A stretch of 64,000 bases of DNA, taken from positions 135,842,001-135,906,000 of the forward strand of contig OZ024743.1 of the NCBI GenBank assembly GCA_964016885.1. Reading direction: 5' to 3'. Below, one piece after another: positions 13,001 through 25,761 of this stretch. Both the position numbers and the translations under genes were made by a program. Origin of the DNA: Eledone cirrhosa (lineage: Eukaryota). The notes under the pieces are model-generated. The model did not search any database. It was not told the DNA's origin and worked only from the letters and a program-made list of their open reading frames with translations. Within the stretch, counting starts at the first letter, position 1; each line of letters starts with the position of its first letter.

Positions 13001-13169
13001 TGGTGATTGGTGTTTGTACTTGGTGCTTGGTACTTGGTTCTTGGTGTTTGGTGCTTGGTGCTTGGTGTTTGGTGTTATATGCTTGGTGTTTGATGCTTGG
13101 TGCTTGGTGCTTGGTGTTTGGTGTTTGGTGTTTGATGCTTGGTGCTTGGTGTTTGGTGCTTGGTGCTTG

Positions 13170-16100
13170 GTGTTTGTACTTGGTGCTTGGTGCTTGGTGC
13201 TTGGTGTTTGGTGCTTGGTGCTTGGTGCTTGGTGCTTGGTCCTTGGTGCTTGGTGTTTGGTGGTTGGTGTTTGGTGCTTGGTGTTAGGTGTTTGGTGCTT
13301 GGTGTTTGGTGTTTGGTGCTTGGTGTTTGGTGCTTGGTACTTGGTGCTTGGTGCTTGGTGTTAGGTGTTTGGTGCTTGGTGTTTGGTGCTTGGTGTTTGG
13401 TGCTTGGTGCTTGGTGCTTGGTGCTTGGTGTTTGGTGCTTGGTGTTTGGTGCTTGGTGTTTGGTGTTTGGTGCTTGGTGTTTGGTGTTTGGTGCTTGGTG
13501 TTTGGTGCTTTTTGCTTGGTGCTTGGTGCTTGGTGTTTGGTGCTGGGTGCTTGGTGCTTGGTGTTTGGTGTTATATGCTTGGTGTTTGATGCTTGGTGCT
13601 TGGTGCTTGGTGTTTGGTGTTTGGTGCTTGGTGTTTGATGCTTGGTGCTTGGTGCTTGGTGTTTGGTGCTTGGTGCTTGGTGTTTGGTGCTTGGTGCTTG
13701 GTGTTTGGTGCTTGGTGTTTGGTGCTTGGTGCTTGGTGTTTGGTGGTTGGTGCTTGGTGCTTGGTGTTAGGTGTTTGGTGCTTGGTGCTTGGTGTCTGGT
13801 TTTTGGTGGTTGGTGCTTGGTGTTTGGTGCTTGTTGCTGGCTGCTTGGTGTTTGGTGCTTGGTGATTGGTGCTTGGTGTTTGGTGCTTGGTGTTTGGTGT
13901 TTGGTGCTTGGTGTTTGTACTTGGTGTTTGGTGCTTGGTGTTTGGTGCTAGGTGCTTGGTGTTTGGTGCTTGGTGCTTGGTGTTTGGTGCCTGGTGCTTG
14001 GTGTTTGGTGTTTGGTGTTTGGTGCTTGGTGCTTGGTGTTTGGTGTTTGCTGTTTGCTGTTTGGTGTTTGTTGTTTGGTGTTTGTTGTTTGGTGTTTGCT
14101 GTTTGGTGTTTGGTATTTGCTTTTTGGTGTTTGGTGTTTGATGTATGTTGTTTGCTCTTTGGTGTTTGGTGTTTGGTGTTTGGTGCTTGGTGCTTGGTGT
14201 TTGGTGCTTGGTGCTTGGTGTTTAGTGCCTGGTGCTTGGTGCATGGTGCTTGGTGTTTGGTGTTTGGTGTTTGGTGCTTGGTGTCTGGTTTTTGGTGCTT
14301 GGTGCTTGGTGTTTGGTGTTTGGTGCTTGCTGCTGGCTGCTTGGTGTTTGGTGCTTGGTGATTGGTGCTTGGTGTTTGGTGTTTGGTGTTTGGTGTTTGG
14401 TGCTTGGTGATTGGTGTTTGTACTTGGTGCTTGGTGCTTGGTTCTTGGTGTTTGGTGCTTGGTGCTTGGTGTTTGGTGTTATATGCTTGGTGTTTGATGC
14501 TTGGTGCTTGGTGCTTGGTGCTTGGTGTTTGGTGTTTGTTGTTTGATGCTTGGTGCTTGGTGTTTGGTGCTTGGTGCTTGGTGTTTGTACTTGGTGCTTG
14601 GTGCTTGGTGCTTGGTGTTTGGTGCTTGGTGCTTGGTGCTTGGTCCTTGGTGCTTGGTGTTTGGTGGTTGGTGTTTGGTGCTTGGTGTTAGGTGTTTGGT
14701 GCTTGGTGCTTGGTGTTTGGTGTTTGGTGCTTGGTGTTTGGTGTTTGGTGCTTGGTATTTGGTGCTTGGTACTTGGTGCTTGGTGCTTGGTGTTAGGTGT
14801 TTGGTGCTTGGTGTTTGGTGCTTGGTGTTTGGTGCTTGGTGCTTGGTGCTTGGTGCTTGGTGTTTGGTGGTTGGTGTTTGGTGCTTGGTGTTTGGTGCTT
14901 GGTGTTAGGTGCTTGGTGATTGGTGCTTGGTGTTTGGTGTTTGGTGCTTGGTGTTTGGTGTTTGGTGCTTGGTGTTTGGTGCTTTTTGCTTGGTGCTTGG
15001 TGCTTGGTGTTTGGTGCTGGGTGCTTGGTGCTTGGTGTTTGGTGTTATATGCTTGGTGTTTGGTGCTTGGTGTTTGATGCTTGGTGCTTGGTGCTTGGTG
15101 TTTGGTGCTTGGTGCTTGGTGTTTGGTGCTTGGTGCTTGGTGTTTGGTGCTTGGTGTTTGGTGCTTGGTGTTTGGTGCTTGGTGCTTGGTGCTTGGGGCT
15201 TGGTGTTTGGTGGTTGGTGCTTGGTGCTTGGTGTTAGGTGTTTGGTGCTTGGTGCTTGGTGTCTGGTTTTTGGTGCTTGGTGCTTGGTGTTTGGTGCTTG
15301 TTGCTGGCTGCTTGGTGTTTGGTGCTTGGTGATTGGTGCTTGGTGTTTGGTGCTTGGTGTTTGGTGTTTGGTGCTTGGTGTTTGTACTTGGTGTTTGGTG
15401 CTTGGTGTTTGGTGCTAGGTGCTTGGTGTTTGGTGCTTGGTGCTTGGTGTTTGGTGCCTGGTGCTTGGTGTTTGGTGTTTGGTGTTTGGTGCTTGGTGCT
15501 TGGTGTTTGGTGTTTGCTGTTTGCTGTTTGGTGTTTGTTGTTTGGTGTTTGTTGTTTGGTGTTTGCTGTTCGGTGTTTGGTGTTTGCTTTTTGGTGTTTG
15601 GTGTTTGATGTATGTTGTTTGCTGTTTGGTGTTTGGTGTTTGGTGTTTGGTGCTTAGTGCTTGGTGTTTGGTGCTTGGTGTTTGGTGCTTGGTGCTTGGT
15701 GCTTGGTGCTTGGTGTTTGGTGTTTGCTGCTTGGTGTTTGATGCTTGGTGCTTGGTGCTTGGTGTTTTGTGTTTGGTGCTTGGTGCTTGGTGCTTGGTGT
15801 TTGGTGCTTGGTGCTTGGTGCTTGGTGTTTTGTGTTTGGTGCTTGGTGCTTGGTGTTTGGTGCTTGGTGCTGGGTGGTTGGTGTTTGGTGCTTGGTGTTT
15901 GGTGCTGGGTGCTTGGTGTTTGGTGCTGGGTGCTTGGTGCTTGGTGCTTGGTGTTTGTACTTGGTGCTTGGTGCTTGGTGCTTGGTGTTTGGTGCTTGGT
16001 CCTTGGTGCTTGGTGCTTGGTCCTTGGTGCTTGGTGTTTGGTGGTTGGTGTTTGGTGCTTGGTGTTAGGTGTTTGGTGCTTGGTGTTTGGTGTTTGGTGC

Positions 16101-18700
16101 TTGGTGTTTGGTGCTTGGTACTTGGTGCTTGGTGCTTGGTGTTAGGTGTTTGGTGCTTGGTGTTTGGTGCTTGGTGTTTGGTGCTTGGTGCTTGGTGCTT
16201 GGTGCTTGGTGTTTGGTGCTTGGTGTTTGGTGCTTGGTGTTTGGTGTTTGGTGCTTGGTGTTTGGTGTTTGGTGCTTGGTGTTTGGTGCTTTTTGCTTGG
16301 TGCTTGGTGCTTGGTGTTTGGTGCTGGGTGCTTGGTGCTTGGTGTTTGGTGTTATATGCTTGGTGTTTGATGCTTGGTGCTTGGTGCTTGGTGTTTGGTG
16401 TTTGGTGCTTGGTGTTTGATGCTTGGTGCTTGGTGCTTGGTGTTTGGTGCTTGGTGCTTGGTGTTTGGTGCTTGGTGCTTGGTGTTTGGTGCTTGGTGTT
16501 TGGTGCTTGGTGCTTGGTGTTTGGTGGTTGGTGCTTGGTGCTTGGTGTTAGGTGTTTGGTGCTTGGTGCTTGGTGTCTGGTTTTTGGTGGTTGGTGCTTG
16601 GTGTTTGGTGCTTGTTGCTGGCTGCTTGGTGTTTGGTGCTTGGTGATTGGTGCTTGGTGTTTGGTGCTTGGTGTTTGGTGTTTGGTGCTTGGTGTTTGTA
16701 CTTGGTGTTTGGTGCTTGGTGTTTGGTGCTAGGTGCTTGGTGTTTGGTGCTTGGTGCTTGCTGTTTGGTGCCTGGTGCTTGGTGTTTGGTGTTTGGTGTT
16801 TGGTGCTTGGTGCTTGGTGTTTGGTGTTTGCTGTTTGCTGTTTGGTGTTTGTTGTTTGGTGTTTGTTGTTTGGTGTTTGCTGTTTGGTGTTTGGTATTTG
16901 CTTTTTGGTGTTTGGTGTTTGATGTATGTTGTTTGCTCTTTGGTGTTTGGTGTTTGGTGTTTGGTGCTTGGTGCTTGGTGTTTGGTGCTTGGTGCTTGGT
17001 GTTTAGTGCCTGGTGCTTGGTGCATGGTGCTTGGTGTTTGGTGTTTGGTGTTTGGTGCTTGGTGTCTGGTTTTTGGTGCTTGGTGCTTGGTGTTTGGTGT
17101 TTGGTGCTTGCTGCTGGCTGCTTGGTGTTTGGTGCTTGGTGATTGGTGCTTGGTGTTTGGTGTTTGGTGTTTGGTGTTTGGTGCTTGGTGATTGGTGTTT
17201 GTACTTGGTGCTTGGTGCTTGGTTCTTGGTGTTTGGTGCTTGGTGCTTGGTGTTTGGTGTTATATGCTTGGTGTTTGATGCTTGGTGCTTGGTGCTTGGT
17301 GCTTGGTGTTTGGTGTTTGGTGTTTGATGCTTGGTGCTTGGTGTTTGGTGCTTGGTGCTTGGTGTTTGTACTTGGTGCTTGGTGCTTGGTGCTTGGTGTT
17401 TGGTGCTTGGTGCTTGGTGCTTGGTCCTTGGTGCTTGGTGTTTGGTGGTTGGTGTTTGGTGCTTGGTGTTAGGTGTTTGGTGCTTGGTGCTTGGTGTTTG
17501 GTGTTTGGTGCTTGGTGTTTGGTGTTTGGTGCTTGGTATTTGGTGCTTGGTACTTGGTGCTTGGTGCTTGGTGTTAGGTGTTTGGTGCTTGGTGTTTGGT
17601 GCTTGGTGTTTGGTGCTTGGTGCTTGGTGCTTGGTGCTTGGTGTTTGGTGGTTGGTGTTTGGTGCTTGGTGTTTGGTGCTTGGTGTTAGGTGCTTGGTGA
17701 TTGGTGCTTGGTGTTTGGTGTTTGGTGCTTGGTGTTTGGTGTTTGGTGCTTGGTGTTTGGTGCTTTTTGCTTGGTGCTTGGTGCTTGGTGTTTGGTGCTG
17801 GGTGCTTGGTGCTTGGTGTTTGGTGTTATATGCTTGGTGTTTGGTGCTTGGTGTTTGATGCTTGGTGCTTGGTGCTTGGTGTTTGGTGCTTGGTGCTTGG
17901 TGTTTGGTGCTTGGTGCTTGGTGTTTGGTGCTTGGTGTTTGGTGCTTGGTGTTTGGTGCTTGGTGCTTGGTGCTTGGGGCTTGGTGTTTGGTGGTTGGTG
18001 CTTGGTGCTTGGTGTTAGGTGTTTGGTGCTTGGTGCTTGGTGTCTGGTTTTTGGTGCTTGGTGCTTGGTGTTTGGTGCTTGTTGCTGGCTGCTTGGTGTT
18101 TGGTGCTTGGTGATTGGTGCTTGGTGTTTGGTGCTTGGTGTTTGGTGTTTGGTGCTTGGTGTTTGTACTTGGTGTTTGGTGCTTGGTGTTTGGTGCTAGG
18201 TGCTTGGTGTTTGGTGCTTGGTGCTTGGTGTTTGGTGCCTGGTGCTTGGTGTTTGGTGTTTGGTGTTTGGTGCTTGGTGCTTGGTGTTTGGTGTTTGCTG
18301 TTTGCTGTTTGGTGTTTGTTGTTTGGTGTTTGTTGTTTGGTGTTTGCTGTTTGGTGTTTGGTGTTTGCTTTTTGGTGTTTGGTGTTTGATGTATGTTGTT
18401 TGCTGTTTGGTGTTTGGTGTTTGGTGTTTGGTGCTTAGTGCTTGGTGTTTGGTGCTTGGTGTTTGGTGCTTGGTGCTTGGTGCTTGGTGCTTGGTGTTTG
18501 GTGTTTGCTGCTTGGTGTTTGATGCTTGGTGCTTGGTGCTTGGTGTTTTGTGTTTGGTGCTTGGTGCTTGGTGCTTGGTGTTTGGTGCTTGGTGCTTGGT
18601 GCTTGGTGTTTTGTGTTTGGTGCTTGGTGCTTGGTGTTTGGTGCTTGGTGCTGGGTGGTTGGTGTTTGGTGCTTGGTGTTTGGTGCTGGGTGCTTGGTGT
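13170..18700. repeat. Tandem duplication of a 2781-bp higher-order unit (2 copies, junction near 15950)
   Basis: Constant 2781 offset: 13288/16069, 13771/16552, 14232/17013, 14909/17690, 15419/18200. The private variant TTTGCTCTTT occurs at ~14151 and ~16932. Confidence 0.93.
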
Positions 18701-21659
18701 TTGGTGCTGGGTGCTTGGTGTTTGGTGCTTGGTGCTTGGTGTTTGGTGCTTGGTGCTGGGTGGTTGGTGTTTGGTGCTTGGTGTTTGGTGCTGGGTGCTT
18801 GGTGTTTGGTGCTGGGTGCTTGGTGTTTGGTGCTTGGTGCTTGGTCTTTGGTGCTTGGTTTTTGGTGCTTGGTGCTTGGTGCTTGGTGTTTGGTGCTTGG
18901 TGCTTGGTGTTTGGTGCTTGGTGCTTGGGGTTTGGTTTTTGGTGCTTGGTGCTTGGTGTTTGGTGTTTGGTGCTTGCTGCTGGCTGCTTGGTGTTTGATG
19001 CATGGTGATTGGTGCTTGGTGTTTGGTGCTTGGTGTTTGGTGTTTGATGCTTGGTGCTTGGTGCTTGGTGTTTGGTGCTTGGTGCTTGGTGTTTGGTGCT
19101 TGGTGCTTGGTGTTTGGTGCTTGGTGTTTGGTGCTTGGTGTTTGGTGCTTGGTGCTTGGTGCTTGGTGCTTGGTGTTTGGTGGTTGGTGCTTGGTGCTTG
19201 GTGTTAGGTGTTTGGTGCTTGGTGCTTGGTGTTTGGTGTTTGGTGCTTGGTGTTTGGTGTTTGGTGCTTGGTGTTTGGTGCTTGGTACTTGGTGCTTGGT
19301 GATTGGTGTTAGGTGTTTGGTGCTTGGTGCTTGGTGTCTGGTTTTTGGTGCTTGGTGCTTGGTGTTTGGTGTTTGGTGCTTGCTGCTGGCTGCTTGGTGT
19401 TTGGTGCTTGGTGATTGGTGCTTGGTGTTTGGTGCTTGGTGTTTGGTGTTTGGTGCTTGGTGATTGGTGTTTGTACTTGGTGCTTGGTACTTGGTTCTTG
19501 GTGTTTGGTGCTTGGTGCTTGGTGTTTGGTGTTATATGCTTGGTGTTTGATGCTTGGTGCTTGGTGCTTGGTGTCTGGTTTTTGGTGCTTGGTGCTTGGT
19601 GTTTGGTGCTTGTTGCTGGCTGCTTGGTGTTTGGTGCTTGGTGATTGGTGATTGGTGTTTGGTGCTTGGTGTTTGGTGTTTGGTGCTTGGTGTTTGTACT
19701 TGGTGTTTGGTGCTTGGTGTTTGGTGCTAGGTGCTTGGTGTTTGGTGCTTGGTGCTTGGTGTTTGGTGCCTGGTGCTTGGTGTTTGGTGTTTGGTGTTTG
19801 GTGCTTGGTGCTTGGTGTTTGGTGTTTGCTGTTTGCTGTTTGGTGTTTGTTGTTTGGTGTTTGTTGTTTGGTGTTTGCTGTTTGGTGTTTGGTATTTGCT
19901 TTTTGGTGTTTGGTGTTTGATGTATGTTGTTTGCTGTTTGGTGTTTGGTGTTTGGTGTTTGGTGCTTGGTGCTTGGTGTTTGGTGCTTGGTGCTTGGTGT
20001 TTAGTGCCTGGTGCTTGGTGCATGGTGCTTGGTGTTTGGTGTTTGGTGCTTGGTGCTTGGAGTTTGGTGTTTGGTGCTTGGTGCTTGGTGTTTCGTGTTT
20101 CGTGTTTGGTTTTTGGTGCTTGGTGCTTGGTGCTTGGTCCTTGGTGTTTGGTGCTGGGTGCATTGTGTTTGGTGCTTGGCGCTTGGTGCTTGGTGCTTGG
20201 TGTTTGGTGTTTGCTGCTTGGTGTTTGATGCTTGGTGCTTGGTGCTTGGTGTTTTGCGCTTGGTGCTTGGTGCTTGGTGTTTGGTGCTTGGTGCTTGGTG
20301 CTTGGTGTTTGTACTTGGTGCTTGGTGATTGGTGTTTGGTTCTTGGTTCTTGGTGTTTGGTGTTTGGCGTTTGGTGTTTGGTGCTTGGTGCTTGGTGTTT
20401 GGTGCTTGGTGCTTGGTGTTTGGTGCCTGGTGCTTGGTGCTTGGTGTTTGGTGTTTGGTGCTTGGTGCTTGGTGCTTGGAGTTTGGTGTTTGGTGCTTGG
20501 TGCTTTGTGTTTTGTGTTTGGTGTTTGGTTTTTGGTGCTTGGTGCTTGGTCCTTGGTGTTTGGTGCTGGGTGCTTTGTGTTTGGTGCTTGGTGCTTGGTG
20601 TTTGGTGTTTGCTGCTTGGTGTTTGATGCTTGGTGCTTGGTGCTTGGTGTTTTGTGTTTGGTGCTTGGTTCTTGGTGTTTGGTGCTTGGTGCTTGGTACT
20701 TGGTGTTTGTACTTGGTGCTTGGTGCTTGGTGTTTGGTTCTTGGTTCTTGGTGTTTGGTACTTGCTGCTTGGTGCTTGATGTTTGGTGTTTGGTGCTTGG
20801 TGTTTGGTGCTTGGTGCTTGGTGCTTGGTGTTAGGTGTTTGGTGCTTGGTCCTTGGTGTTTGGTGCTTGGTGTTTGGTGTTTGCTGTTTGGTGTTTGGTG
20901 TTTCGTGTTTGGTGTTTGCTGTTTGGTGTCTGCTTTTTGGTGTTTGCTGTTTGGTGTCTGCTTTTTGGTGTTTAGTGTTTGCTGTATGGTGTTTGGTGTT
21001 TGCTGTTTGGTGTTTGGTCTTTGGTGCTTGGTGTTTGGTGCTTGGTGCTTGGTGTTTGGTGTTTGGTGCTTGGTGCTTGGTGTTTGGTGTTTGGTGCTTG
21101 GTGTTTGGTGTTTGGTGCTTGGTGTCTGGTGCTTGGTGTTTGGTTTTTGGTGCTTGGTGTTTGGTGTTTGGTGCTTGGTGTTTGGTGTTTGGTGTTTGGT
21201 GCTTGGTGCTTGGTGTTTGGTGTTTGGTGTTTGGTGCTTGGTGTCTGGTGCTTGGTGTTTGGTGTTTGGTGCTTGGTGTTTGGTGTTTGGTGTTTGGTGC
21301 TTGGTGTCTGGTGCTTGGTGTTTGGTGTTTGGTGCTTGGTGTTTGGTGTTTGGTGTTTGGTGCTTGGTGCTTGGTGCTTGGTGTTTTGTGTTTGGTGCTT
21401 GGTGCTTGGTGTTTGGTGCTTGGTGCTGGGTGGTTGGTGTTTGGTGCTTGGTGTTTGGTGCTGGGTGCTTGGTGTTTGGTGCTGGGTGCTTGGTATTTGG
21501 TGCTTGGTGCTTGGTCTTTGGTGCTTGGTGTTTGGTGCTTGGTGCTTGGTGTTTGGTGCTTGGTGCTTGGTGTTTGGTGCTTGGTGCTTGGTGTTTGGTT
21601 TTTGGTGCTTGGTGCTTGGTGTTTGGTGTTTGGTGCTTGCTGCTGGCTGCTTGGTGTTT

Positions 21660-24600
21660 GATGCATGGTGATTGGTGCTTGGTGTTTGGTGCTTGGTGTT
21701 TGGTGTTTGATGCTTGGTGCTTGATGCTTGGTGTTTGGTGCTTGGTGCTTGGTGCTTGGTGTTTGGTGCTTGGTGTTTGGTGCTTGGTGTTTGGTGCTTG
21801 GTGCTTGGTGCTTGGTGCTTGGTGTTTGGTGGTTGGTGCTTGGTGCTTGGTGTTAGGTGTTTGGTGCTTGGTGCTTGGTGGTTGGTGTTTGGTGCTTGGT
21901 GTTTGGTGCTGGGTGCTTGGTTTTTGGTGCTGGGTGCTTGGTGTTTGGTGCTTGGTACTTGGTGTTTGGTGCTTTGTGTTTGGTGCTTGGTGCTTGGTGC
22001 TTGGTGTTTGGTGTTTGGTGCTTGGTGTTTGGTGCTTGGTGCTTGGTGTTTGGTTTTTGGTGCTTGGTGTTTGGTGTTTGGTGTTTGGTGCTTGCTGCTG
22101 GCTGCTTGGTGTTTGATGCATGGTGATTTGTGCTTGGTGTTTGGTGCTTGGTGTTTGGTGTTTGATGCTTGGTGCTTGGTGTTTGGTGTTTGATGCTTGG
22201 TGCTTGGTGCTTGGTGTTTGGTGCTTGGTGTTTGGTGTTTGGTGCTTGGTCATTGGTGTTTCTACTTGGTGCTTGGTGCTTGGTTCTTGGTGTTTGGTGC
22301 TTGGTGCTTGGTGTTTGGTGTTATATGCTTGGTGTTTGATGCTTGGTGCTTGGTGCTTGGTGCTTGGTGTTTGGTGTTTGGTGTTTGATGCTTGGTGCTT
22401 GGTGTTTGGTGCTTGGTGCTTGGTGTTTGTACTTGGTGCTTGGTGCTTGGTGCTTGGTGTTTGGTGCTTGGTATTTGGTGCTTGGGGCTTGGTGCTTGGT
22501 CCTTGGTGCTTGGTGTTTGGTGGTTGGTGTTTGGTGGTTGGTGTTAGGTGTTTGGTGCTTGGTGCTTGGTGTTTGGTGTTTGGTGTTTGGTGTTTGGTGC
22601 TTGGTATTTGGTGCTTGGTGCTTGGTGCTTGGTGTTTGGTGCTTGGTGCTTGGTGTTTGGTGCTTGGTGCTTGGTGTTTGGTACTTGGTGTTTGGTGCTT
22701 GGTGTTTGGTGCTTGGTGCTTGGTGCTTGGTGCTTGGTGTTTGGTGTTTGGTGCTTGGTGTTTGGTGCTTGGTACTTGGTGCTTGGTGCTTGGTGTTAGG
22801 TGTTTGGTGCTTGGTGCTTGGTGTCTGGTTTTTGGTGCTTGGTTCTTGGTATTTGGTGCTTGCTGCTGGCTGCTTGGTGTTTGGTGCTTGGTGATTGGTG
22901 CTTGGTGTTTGGTGTTTGGTGCTAGGTGCTTGGTGTTTGGTGCTTGGTGCTTGGTGTTTGTACTTGGTGCTTGGTGCTTGGTTCTTGGTGTTTGGTGCTT
23001 CGTGCTTGGTGATTGGTGCTTGGTGCTTGGTGTTTGGTGCTTGGTGTTTGGTGCTTGGTGTTTGGTGCTTGGTGCTTGGTGCTTGGTGTTTGGTGCTTGG
23101 TGTTTGGTGCTTGGTGTTAGGTGTTTGGTGCTTGGTGCTTGGTGTTTGGTGTTTGGTGCTTGGTGTTTGGTGTTTGGTGTTATATGCTTGGTGTTTGATG
23201 CTTGGTGCTTGGTGCTTGGTGTTTGGCGCTTGGTGTTTGATGCTTGGTGCTTGGTGCTTGGTGTTTGGTGCTTGGTGCTTGGTGTTTGTACTTGGTGCTT
23301 GGTGCTTGGTTCTTGGTGTTTGGTGCTTGGTGCTTGGTGTTTGGTGCTTGGTGCTTGGTGTTTGGTGCTTGGTGTTTGGTGCTTGGTGTTTGGTGCTTGG
23401 TGCTTGGTGCTTAGTGCTTGGTGTTTGGTGCTTGGTGTTAGGTGTTTGGTGCTTGGTGCTTGGTGTTTGGTGTTTGGTGCTTGGTGTTTGGTGCTTGGTG
23501 TTTGGTGTTAGGTGTTTGGTGCTTGGTGTTTGGTGTTTGGTGCTTGGTGTTTGGTGCTTGGTGTTTGGTGCTTGGTGTTTGGTGCTTGGTACTTGGTGCT
23601 TGGTGCTTCGTGTTAGGTGTTTGGTGCTTGGTGCTTGGTGTTTGGTGTTTGGTTTTTGGTGCTTGGTGTTTGGTGTTTGGTGTTTGGTGCTTGCTGCTGG
23701 CTGCTTGGTGTTTGATGCATGGTGATTGGTGCTTGGTGTTTGGTGCTTGGTGTTTGGTGTTTGATGCTTGGTGCTTGGTGCTTGGTGTTTGGTGCTTGGT
23801 GCTTGGTGCTTGGTGTTTGGTGCTTGGTGTTTGGTGCTTGGTGTTTGGTGCTTGGTGCTTGGTGCTTGGTGCTTGGTGTTTGGTGGTTGGTGCTTGGTGC
23901 TTGGTGTTAGGTGTTTGGTGCTTGGTGCTTGGTGGTTGGTGTTTGGTGCTTGGTGTTTGGTGCTGGGTGCTTGGTTTTTGGTGCTGGGTGCTTGGTGTTT
24001 GGTGCTTGGTGCTTGGTGTTTGGTGCTTTGTGTTTGGTGCTTGGTGCTTGGTGCTTGGTGTTTGGTGTTTGGTGCTTGGTGTTTGGTGCTTGGTGCTTGG
24101 TGTTTGGTTTTTGGTGCTTGGTGTTTGGTGTCTGGTGTTTGGTGCTTGCTGCTGGCTGCTTGGTGTTTGATGCATGGTGATTTGTGCTTGGTGTTTGGTG
24201 CTTGGTGTTTGGTGTTTGATGCTTGGTGCTTGGTGTTTGGTGTTTGATGCTTGGTGCTTGGTGCTTGGTGTTTGGTGCTTGGTGTTTGGTGTTTGGTGCT
24301 TGGTCATTGGTGTTTCTACTTGGTGCTTGGTGCTTGGTTCTTGGTGTTTGGTGCTTGGTGCTTGGTGTTTGGTGTTATATGCTTGGTGTTTGATGCTTGG
24401 TGCTTGGTGCTTGGTGTTTGGTGTTTGGTGTTTGATGCTTGGTGCTTGGTGTTTGGTGCTTGGTGCTTGGTGTTTGTACTTGGTGCTTGGTGCTTGGTGC
24501 TTGGTGTTTGGTGCTTGGTATTTGGTGCTTGGGGCTTGGTGCTTGGTCCTTGGTGCTTGGTGTTTGGTGGTTGGTGTTTGGTGGTTGGTGTTAGGTGTTT

Positions 24601-25761
24601 GGTGCTTGGTGCTTGGTGTTTGGTGTTTGGTGTTTGGTGTTTGGTGCTTGGTATTTGATGCTTGGTGCTTGGTGCTTGGTGTTTGGTGCTTGGTGCTTGG
24701 TGTTTGGTGCTTGGTGCTTGGTGTTTGGTGCTTGGTGTTTGGTGCTTGGTGTTTGGTGCTTGGTGCTTGGTGCTTGGTGCTTGGTGTTTGGTGTTTGGTG
24801 CTTGGTGTTTGGTGCTTGGTACTTGGTGCTTGGTGCTTGGTGTTAGGTGTTTGGTGCTTGGTGCTTGGTGTCTGGTTTTTGGTGCTTGGTTCTTGGTGTT
24901 TGGTGCTTGCTGCTGGCTGCTTGGTGTTTGGTGCTTGGTGATTGGTGCTTGGTGTTTGGTGTTTGGTGCTAGGTGCTTGGTGTTTGGTGCTTGGTGCTTG
25001 GTGTTTGTACTTGGTGCTTGGTGCTTGGTTCTTGGTGTTTGGTGCTTCGTGCTTGGTGATTGGTGCTTGGTGCTTGGTGTTTGGTGCTTGGTGTTTGGTG
25101 CTTGGTGTTTGGTGCTTGGTGCTTGGTGCTTGGTGTTTGGTGCTTGGTGTTTGGTGCTTGGTGTTAGGTGTTTGGTGCTTGGTGCTTGGTGTTTGGTGTT
25201 TGGTGCTTGGTGTTTGGTGTTTGGTGTTATATGCTTGGTGTTTGATGCTTGGTGCTTGGTGCTTGGTGTTTGGCGCTTGGTGTTTGATGCTTGGTGCTTG
25301 GTGCTTGGTGTTTGGTGCTTGGTGCTTGGTGTTTGTACTTGGTGCTTGGTGCTTGGTTCTTGGTGTTTGGTGCTTGGTGCTTGGTGTTTGGTGCTTGGTG
25401 CTTGGTGTTTGGTGCTTGGTGTTTGGTGCTTGGTGTTTGGTGCTTGGTGCTTGGTGCTTATTGCTTGGTGTTTGGTGCTTGGTGTTAGGTGTTTGGTGCT
25501 TGGTGCTTGGTGTTTGGTGTTTGGTGCTTGGTGTTTGGTGCTTGGTGTTTGGTGTTAGGTGTTTGGTGCTTGGTGTTTGGTGTTTGGTGCTTGGTGTTTG
25601 GTGCTTGGTGTTTGGTGCTTGGTGTTTGGTGCTTGGTACTTGGTGCTTGGTGCTTCGTGTTAGGTGTTTGGTGCTTGGTGCTTGGTGTTTGGTGTTTGGT
25701 TTTTGGTGCTTGGTGTTTGGTGTTTGGTGTTTGGTGCTTGCTGCTGGCTGCTTGGTGTTTG
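21660..25761. repeat. Tandem duplication of a ~2.05-kb higher-order unit (offset 2054 then 2047)
   Basis: The ATGCATGG landmark is at 21661, 23715 and 25762. ORF pairs: 21857/23911 (2054); 22548/24595, 22895/24942 and 23442/25489 (2047). Confidence 0.9.

Noticed and set aside
22246-22252. TTGGTCA matching the cyanobacterial STRR2 heptamer
   Set aside because: It occurs only as scattered single variant units. Bacterial heptamer repeats are short intergenic tracts, not >64-kb arrays.
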